Shown one piece after another: positions 58,500-64,000 of a stretch of 64,000 bases of DNA; position 1 is the stretch's first letter; the number at the start of each line of letters is the position of its first letter. The notes beneath the pieces were generated by a model. The model was not told the origin of the DNA. It ran no database searches and saw only the letters and a program-made list of their open reading frames with translations. Source of the stretch: a virus (lineage: Duplodnaviria > Caudoviricetes); the IMG/VR virus record IMGVR_UViG_3300026488_000027, positions 2,131 through 66,130 of that record. One strand, given 5' to 3'. The position numbers were made by a program, and so were the translations under genes.

Positions 58500-58868
58500 A
58501 TGCACAAGTTTAAAATAGCCATAGTTGGTTCCAGAAAATACAATGACTATCACAAAGTTGAAAAAGAATTCTTCAAGCTTTTGAGTGACTTAGGAAGACC
58601 AAAAGAAAACATACTTATAATATCAGGTGGCGCTAAAGGTGTAGATACCATAGCACAACAAATAGCAAAAAACCATGGAATACCCATTCTTATCTTCTAT
58701 CCCAACTATTCAAAATATGGTAAGAAAGCACCTCTAATAAGAAACATTCAAATCATAGAACATTCTGACTTTATACTTGCTTTTCCAACAAAAGATTCAA
58801 GAGGAACAAGGTTTGTCATAAAAGAAGCAGAAAAGAGAAAACTTCCTTGCAGAATGATAGAAATATAA
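58500..58868 (+). CDS. SLOG/YspA-like (DUF2493) protein
   Basis: IAIVGSR, IISGGAKGVD, APLIRN, SRGT. Confidence 0.88.
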   Translation: MHKFKIAIVGSRKYNDYHKVEKEFFKLLSDLGRPKENILIISGGAKGVDTIAQQIAKNHGIPILIFYPNYSKYGKKAPLIRNIQIIEHSDFILAFPTKDSRGTRFVIKEAEKRKLPCRMIEI

Positions 58869-58886
58869 CTAAAAGGAGGATAAATA

Positions 58887-59360
58887 ATGAAACTCTTTGA
58901 TCCATTAAGGGAAGAAATGATAGAAATAAATGAAAGTGATAAGACAGTAAAAAGAAAGAAAATAAAGAATAATACTTTTGAAATTAATAAATGCAAAATA
59001 TTTACTTTCAATAAAGCGTTTATAAAAAAGTTAAATGAAAATGCACAAGCAAAAGCAGTAATCAAAATGAGAGATTACTTTAATTATGATTTCATAGGTT
59101 CAAGATATGCTGGTGAAGAAATAAGAAGAGAAATTGACAAATATCTATCCGAGGGCTACAATAAGATTGTAGTAGACTTTACAGGAATAACAGGAATCAC
59201 TCAAGCATTTGGTGATGAGGTCTTAGGAATATATATTAGAGCATACGGAACTAAATGGGTCAGAAAATATCTTGAATTTAAAAATCTTCATCCTAATGTA
59301 GATGCTGTCTTAAGATTTGTCTGGAATTATTCAAAGAAAATGAAATCCCAGGAAAAATAA
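58887..59360 (+). CDS. STAS-like (DUF4325) domain protein
   Basis: GSRYAGEEIR...IVVDFTGITGITQAFGDEVLG. Confidence 0.8.
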   Translation: MKLFDPLREEMIEINESDKTVKRKKIKNNTFEINKCKIFTFNKAFIKKLNENAQAKAVIKMRDYFNYDFIGSRYAGEEIRREIDKYLSEGYNKIVVDFTGITGITQAFGDEVLGIYIRAYGTKWVRKYLEFKNLHPNVDAVLRFVWNYSKKMKSQEK

Positions 59361-59839
59361 CTTTAATATAACCTTCAATTATAAAATCTCAGAGAAAATG
59401 GTTCATAATCTTTAATTTCAAAAATACCAAAAAAAGAATTTGGTATAACCTGAATTTTAGAAACCTCAGAAAAAATAATTTGGTATAGTCCTAATCCTAA
59501 AAACCTTGGAAAAAATGGTTTTGGTGTTGTTCTTCCCCTCCCCTCCTTTCTCATTTTCGTGGACGCCCATACCCTTATAATGTTTGATAAAAACAACAAA
59601 TAGTGAAAAAACATAAGAAAAACAATAACTTAGAAAAATTATGTGAAAAAGATAACAAATGAAGTGTTTTATTTTTGTAGTGTTTTAGGTGGTAAGAAAA
59701 GAATAAAAACAGTAAGGGGTTAATAAAAATCTGTCATTTTTGATTAGTTTTATTATAGTGAGGGAACCTGAAATATATCGCAATCACAAGTCCTAATAAA
59801 CAGTAAAATTTTAACCTTGATAAAAAACCAAAATGACAA

Positions 59840-60304
59840 CTATTTTTCAACCAGGTTTTGGACTCTAACAATATCTTCACCTAAAGAGAAGGTTGAGATT
59901 GCTCTTAAGGTATTGATAAATAAAGGATTATTAGCAAAATCATAAACCAAAACTTCATTATATCTGAAAGTGAAAAGATCAAAAAGACAATTAAATCCTC
60001 TATTGTTTGGTGTTTGCTCTAAGTCCCTAATAATAATGATCCTTTTATGGTAAGATGGGTAATTTTTCATGATCTCTTTAACCAAATGAGTGTTTTTATA
60101 ATAGTGTTTTTTAGATCTAAAGATAAAGAGAATGATTTTAGAATGAGGTTTTGGGTTGAAACCTAAAGACCTTATAAGAGAATAGAGGGAGTTTGTATCT
60201 ATCTTCCTGATTTTCAAGATTTTTCTTCTTTTCAAACCTCTTTTTAATCTATAAACTGTTAAATGATGGAAACCTAAAAACTGCATTATATGTCTTGTTC
60301 TCAT
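59840..60304 (-). CDS. HTH + degenerate IS607-type serine-resolvase-like protein
   Basis: MerR-like HIMQFLGFHHLTVYRL; IRD..TPNNRGFNCLFDL resembles the D.GSGLN..R.G...L motif; catalytic YARVS absent. Confidence 0.45.
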   Translation of the reverse strand: MRTRHIMQFLGFHHLTVYRLKRGLKRRKILKIRKIDTNSLYSLIRSLGFNPKPHSKIILFIFRSKKHYYKNTHLVKEIMKNYPSYHKRIIIIRDLEQTPNNRGFNCLFDLFTFRYNEVLVYDFANNPLFINTLRAISTFSLGEDIVRVQNLVEK

Positions 60305-60574
60305 GGCTTCCTCCATAAGCTATTATTGTGTCTCTATTATTATATGGGTTGCACGACTATATCGTGGTATATAGCCGAATAAGCTATAAAATTTTAACCC
60401 CTATTTTACTTGTGATATTTTTCACTAAATTGAGTGTAAAATAATAGTTTGCTTGTGATTGTGATAACTTTCTTATTTGTGGGTAATATTTAGGTAAGCT
60501 TGGAAGATATACTATCTTAACAAAAATAGTAAATTATTACCGGCGTGCTCGTGATCACATTCACAAATAGAGGG

Positions 60575-60611
60575 AAAAATACAGGGCAAGGGACTAAACC
60601 CCTTGCCCTGT
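60575..60611 (-). terminator. Intrinsic terminator
   Basis: ACAGGGCAAGGG / CCCTTGCCCTGT stem followed by ATTTTT on the minus strand. Confidence 0.8.
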
Positions 60612-60618
60612 GGTATGG

Positions 60619-60855
60619 TTAATTATCGGAAAATAGTTCATTAAAATCTTCAAATAAATCCTTATAATAATGGTTGAGGTAATGGTTAAAATACTCAATT
60701 ACTGAATCCACAATCTCTTTACCATCCAACTTATAAAACTCTTCTATATGTTCCAAAGTCTTGATCAGGGCTTTTTCCAAAAGATATGGATGTTTTCCAA
60801 AACTACTTAAAAAAGAAAAAACATATGTTTTTTTATGCTTTTGTGTCAATCTCAT
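60619..60855 (-). CDS. Hypothetical early protein
   Basis: TAATG coupling; followed by a terminator. Confidence 0.65.
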   Translation of the reverse strand: MRLTQKHKKTYVFSFLSSFGKHPYLLEKALIKTLEHIEEFYKLDGKEIVDSVIEYFNHYLNHYYKDLFEDFNELFSDN

Positions 60856-61181
60856 TACTCACCCCCACAAAATCTTTCATAAAACTCCTCTAAGTTGATA
60901 TAATATCTTGTTTTGTCCCTCCCAGTCTCCACTATTGGCACCCCCATATCAACAAACAACCTTACTATTTCCATATATTTACTCTGGCTTATTCTATTCT
61001 TTATCACCCCCCCTGCTTGTAGATAGTCGTTGAAGACAGACACACTAAGCCGAGTAACACCATCGGCAAGGAGCTCAGGACACAACTCCTTGAGCTCCTC
61101 AATAAATTTTTTCACATGATCCTCATATGAAGACCTTTTTAAGGCTTCCCTTTTCTTTTCCAAAATTTTTTTCAACAACAT
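60855..61181 (-). CDS. Hypothetical early protein
   Basis: GGAGGTG RBS before ATG 61181. Confidence 0.65.
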   Translation of the reverse strand: MLLKKILEKKREALKRSSYEDHVKKFIEELKELCPELLADGVTRLSVSVFNDYLQAGGVIKNRISQSKYMEIVRLFVDMGVPIVETGRDKTRYYINLEEFYERFCGGE

Positions 61182-61221
61182 CCTCACACCTCCCAAACAT
61201 TGTTTTATTTTAGGTTTAGTA

Positions 61222-61255
61222 AAATAAAAAGGATTAGGGACTCGGCCCTAATCCT
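61222..61255 (-). terminator. Intrinsic terminator
   Basis: AGGATTAGGG / CCCTAATCCT stem plus T-tract on the minus strand. Confidence 0.7.
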
Positions 61256-61652
61256 CTTCTTCTTCGTAAACATCCTCATACTCTTCAAAACCTTCATCCT
61301 CTACAAAACCATAGGGGGAGGGAGCATCCTCCAAAATAGCCACTATGTTTCCAACGCTTGAGTTTATTTCGACCTTACCATTAGACACAAACTCAACCCC
61401 GATCTCTCTTTCTTCAAAAATATCCAACATCCCTCCAAACAAAAACTCTACACTACCCTCTGGCACTCCCATAACCAAACCCTTAGAAGACAAATTAATA
61501 GATATTCTATCATCCTCATTTTTAAAGTAAACATTTCCTGTAATAGATTCTCTTTTCCAAAACCTAAAACCTTCAGGCAAATACACGCCTACATAGTGTC
61601 CATATCCACCCAAATACAAATATTTTCTTTCATTATCCCATATCATCCTCAT
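61248..61652 (-). CDS. Hypothetical early protein with acidic tail
   Basis: GGAGGTGG RBS; TTGCAT-N17-TATAGT promoter at 61709-61737. Confidence 0.7.
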   Translation of the reverse strand: MRMIWDNERKYLYLGGYGHYVGVYLPEGFRFWKRESITGNVYFKNEDDRISINLSSKGLVMGVPEGSVEFLFGGMLDIFEEREIGVEFVSNGKVEINSSVGNIVAILEDAPSPYGFVEDEGFEEYEDVYEEEED

Positions 61653-62138
61653 CCTTCCACCTCCCTTGGTTTTTGAGCTTGAGGTTTTATCCTCCAAGCT
61701 CGCCGATAACTATATACCCTCTTTTACCCTTATGCAACCCCCTTTTTCAAATTTTTTATTGTGATTTTTTCCTTATTTATCAGGGACTTAGGATTAGGTA
61801 GATTTTTTCTATTTTAGTTATTTTAGATTTTTATGTTTGATTGTGAATGTGATCACGAGGAATTTGTTATGCTTTATTTTTGAGTAATTTAGAGCTATTT
61901 GTGGTTTTTATGGAACTATGTTTTGGTATTGTGTGATGCGAAATTTTTCACATGGTAAAAAATTTTTTTATGCTTTATTTTTGAGTGTTTTAGGTAGGGT
62001 TTGTGATTGTGATAACTTTCTTTTTTGATACCTAATTATTTATATAGTAAGGTGAGTGAAAAAAGCTTTATTTTTGAATAAGTTAGGAGAAGGTCTAAGT
62101 TATTGATTTTATTTGTGTTATTTTTTGTTGTTGTGGTG

Positions 62139-62168
62139 TTGACAGGAACCGTTTAGTTATGGTATAAT
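62139..62168 (+). promoter_or_regulatory. Sigma70 promoter with no downstream ORF
   Basis: TTGACA-N18-TATAAT with extended -10 TG. Confidence 0.6.
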
Positions 62169-62293
62169 ATTTTGGGGGAGAACGGGTGATTTTGTGAAAG
62201 TTACCACATTCTTTTATTTGTGTATTTTATTTGTAATATTTGGGTTTTCTATTTTGATTTGTATTTGTAAGATTAATTTAATTTTGTTATCTA

Positions 62294-62322
62294 TTGACAA
62301 GTAATATGGTTGGACTTATAGT
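62294..62322 (+). promoter_or_regulatory. Second orphan sigma70 promoter
   Basis: TTGACA-N17-TATAGT. Confidence 0.55.
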
Positions 62323-62600
62323 TTTTATGGTGAGGTTAGGATTGAAAATATTAATATGTGATTTAGTTGGTTAATATTGTAATTTTTGTTGTTGTGGTAA
62401 GGATTGATTGATATTGTTCTCACAAACACTATCTTTTGTTATCTCTATATGCCAGCGGTTTGCAAGGGGTTATTTATGCCAGGCAATTGCAAGCTTTTTA
62501 ATATCATTTTTAATTTTTTTGTAAGTTGTTGATTTATTTGTGTTTTTAATTTTGAAGTTAAATGTGTGAAATTTTTCACATAAATGGAAAAATTTAATAG

Positions 62601-62630
62601 AGGGAGGAATTGAACCTCCCTTTGTTTTTT
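62601..62630. terminator. Intrinsic terminator, possibly bidirectional
   Basis: AGGGAGG / CCTCCCT stem; TTGTTTTTT on the plus strand; lies at the end of the minus-strand operon. Confidence 0.75.
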
Positions 62631-62925
62631 ATTGTATGTTTTCTATTTTTCTTTTTATTTTGAGAAATACTTGTTTTGTTGATTCTGGATTTGAATAATA
62701 ATTTACTGAAACGATTTTATTTGTTCTTTTATCTGTTATACAATAATGTATTCTGTTGGGGAATACGATGAAATCTATTGTAATGTTGGGAAGATATATG
62801 TAAATATCGTGTGATTTTGAATCTATTGGTTCATCGTATATTTGGCAACCTGGGAATATTTCCTTTGCAATATCTTTTATTTTTTGGATAACAGCATAAT
62901 CGTAAGTCTCTAATTTTTTAATCAT
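62629..62925 (-). CDS. Hypothetical early protein
   Basis: GGAGGTG RBS and TAATG coupling. Confidence 0.65.
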   Translation of the reverse strand: MIKKLETYDYAVIQKIKDIAKEIFPGCQIYDEPIDSKSHDIYIYLPNITIDFIVFPNRIHYCITDKRTNKIVSVNYYSNPESTKQVFLKIKRKIENIQ

Positions 62926-63122
62926 TACTTCACCTCCACTATTGTATCTGGTGTGCAATAAAATGTTCTTGTAAATGTTTTGCTATTATTGTATGTAATT
63001 ACTGACCAATTTGAAGGATTTACTGCAAGTATTTTGTAATTTCCTAATGAAGTAGGTAATTCAGCTTTAATAGTTCCATTGTTAATATCTTTATAAATAT
63101 CTTTTAGTTTCATCTTTTTCAT
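62925..63122 (-). CDS. Hypothetical early protein
   Basis: GGAGGTGGAA-TAATG coupling. Confidence 0.65.
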   Translation of the reverse strand: MKKMKLKDIYKDINNGTIKAELPTSLGNYKILAVNPSNWSVITYNNSKTFTRTFYCTPDTIVEVK

Positions 63123-63370
63123 TATTCCACCTCCTCTTTTTGATTTTTTGGTATTATACAAATTAACTTTTTTCTCCTAAATTTTGTCTTCTCAATTTTG
63201 AATCCTTTTGATTTTAGATATGACCGTATAAATTGCCTTGTGTAATGGTTGGTTGAATTTCTGTTTAATTTTAGTGCAATGAGATCACAGAACGGATAAA
63301 ATGGATATGGTAATGTTATTTCCTTTAATGTTTCATCTATCAATTTTGCAAGGAAGCCTGTTTTAATCAT
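63122..63370 (-). CDS. Hypothetical basic protein
   Basis: GGGAGGG RBS before ATG 63370. Confidence 0.6.
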   Translation of the reverse strand: MIKTGFLAKLIDETLKEITLPYPFYPFCDLIALKLNRNSTNHYTRQFIRSYLKSKGFKIEKTKFRRKKLICIIPKNQKEEVE

Positions 63371-63384
63371 TGCAATCCCTCCCA

Positions 63385-63801
63385 TTAGTGCAATCCCTTC
63401 GTAATTTTGAATAGTAATAAGTCATAAATCCTTTTTGCAAGCTGAATCATTTTACCAATGTCCTGATATTTTTGCCATAATTGACGGATCAATGAAGTGT
63501 AATATCTAAGTTCTAATGGTTCCAAATACATAATGTGATTCACAACATCTGGATCATAATCAATTTGCAGTATAGTTGCAATTATTATAGCTCTCAGATA
63601 ATCATATTCATTATCATTAATAAAGATGTAATGGTTTTTGTCAATCTTTTTGAATCCAAGTGAAGACAAATGTTTTTTCAATTTTTTAATATCAGGTGCA
63701 ACTACACAATCAGCAAATTTCATTTTCTTTATGTAATCTGGCTTGAATACCACAATATTATTTTCTATAATGAGTTCATAGTGCATGTCTTTTGCAATCA
63801 T
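63385..63801 (-). CDS. Hypothetical early protein
   Basis: GGAGGTGGAA-TAATG coupling. Confidence 0.7.
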   Translation of the reverse strand: MIAKDMHYELIIENNIVVFKPDYIKKMKFADCVVAPDIKKLKKHLSSLGFKKIDKNHYIFINDNEYDYLRAIIIATILQIDYDPDVVNHIMYLEPLELRYYTSLIRQLWQKYQDIGKMIQLAKRIYDLLLFKITKGLH

Positions 63802-63998
63802 TATTCCACCTCCTTTGAACAAATTATTTTATGAACAATATCACGATCTATAATTTCGCCATCGTAATAGAGATCATCTGAATAATCCTGATTGCAATAA
63901 GAACAATAACCAGGAAAATGCCCTTCGCAATCTATCACAATTTCACCATCAATTTTAACCCAGAATACATCTCCAGAAATGATCTTTTCAATTATACC
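63801..63998 (-). CDS. Partial ORF running off the window end
   Basis: Open frame GIIEKIISGDVFWVK...CSKEVE* coupled to the next gene. Confidence 0.55.
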   Translation of the reverse strand, partial: GIIEKIISGDVFWVKIDGEIVIDCEGHFPGYCSYCNQDYSDDLYYDGEIIDRDIVHKIICSKEVE

Positions 63999-64000
63999 AA

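Larger units (their letters stand above)
59642..62580. promoter_or_regulatory. Array of CRP/FNR-like TGTGA-N6-TCACA boxes and IHF-like sites in non-coding DNA
   Basis: Boxes at 59642, 60411, 60454, 60550, 61842, 61937, 62002, 62193 and 62565 (perfect); WATCAANNNNTTR at 62096-62108 and 62522-62534. Confidence 0.7.

Noticed and set aside
59375-59614. ORF 59375..59614 (-) and ORF 12558..12869 (-)
   Set aside because: Both lie in repeat- or motif-rich, skewed regions or overlap a better gene, lack an RBS, and look non-coding
62448-62493. Sigma54 promoter (TGGCA...TTGCA on the minus strand)
   Set aside because: GG-to-GC spacing is 15 bp instead of the required 10 bp
1-64000. tRNA genes, integrase/repressor lysogeny module, alternative genetic code
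   Set aside because: No cloverleaf with a T-loop motif was recognised, no intact tyrosine or serine integrase was seen, and conserved genes translate full-length in the standard code

Overview
The window is 64 kb of an AT-rich tailed dsDNA phage with siphovirus-like organisation (HK97-fold capsid, long tape measure, no sheath). NrdG and the protein composition suggest an anaerobic, possibly thermophilic bacterial host; this is inference. Layout: (i) 1-12 kb, minus strand: nucleotide metabolism and recombination (nrdG, thyX, dUTPase, Holliday junction resolvase, SbcCD, RecA, gp32-like SSB, UvsY-like). (ii) About 12.0-12.7 kb: an iteron-rich divergent intergenic region, probably the origin. (iii) Plus strand: helicase, primase and a UDG-fused family A polymerase, then an apparently intact IscB/omegaRNA (OMEGA) element. 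(iv) 22.1-49.3 kb, minus strand: the morphogenesis operon, running from an intein-containing terminase to the tail fibres and ending in an unexpected amidinotransferase-fold + phosphatidylserine-decarboxylase-fold enzyme pair. (v) 49.4-59.4 kb, plus strand: lysis and accessory genes. (vi) 59.4-64 kb: a largely non-coding region with arrays of CRP-like and IHF-like boxes, orphan promoters and small early genes. The most striking signals are the enzyme pair with a switch-like leader, an exact 18-bp match between the IscB guide position and the DNA just upstream of that pair, a 34-bp inverted repeat bracketing the 21.0-24.4 kb block, two LamG tail proteins with identical flanks around unrelated cores, and a free-standing degenerate Hint domain. 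All functional calls come from motifs recognised by eye; no database searches were run.
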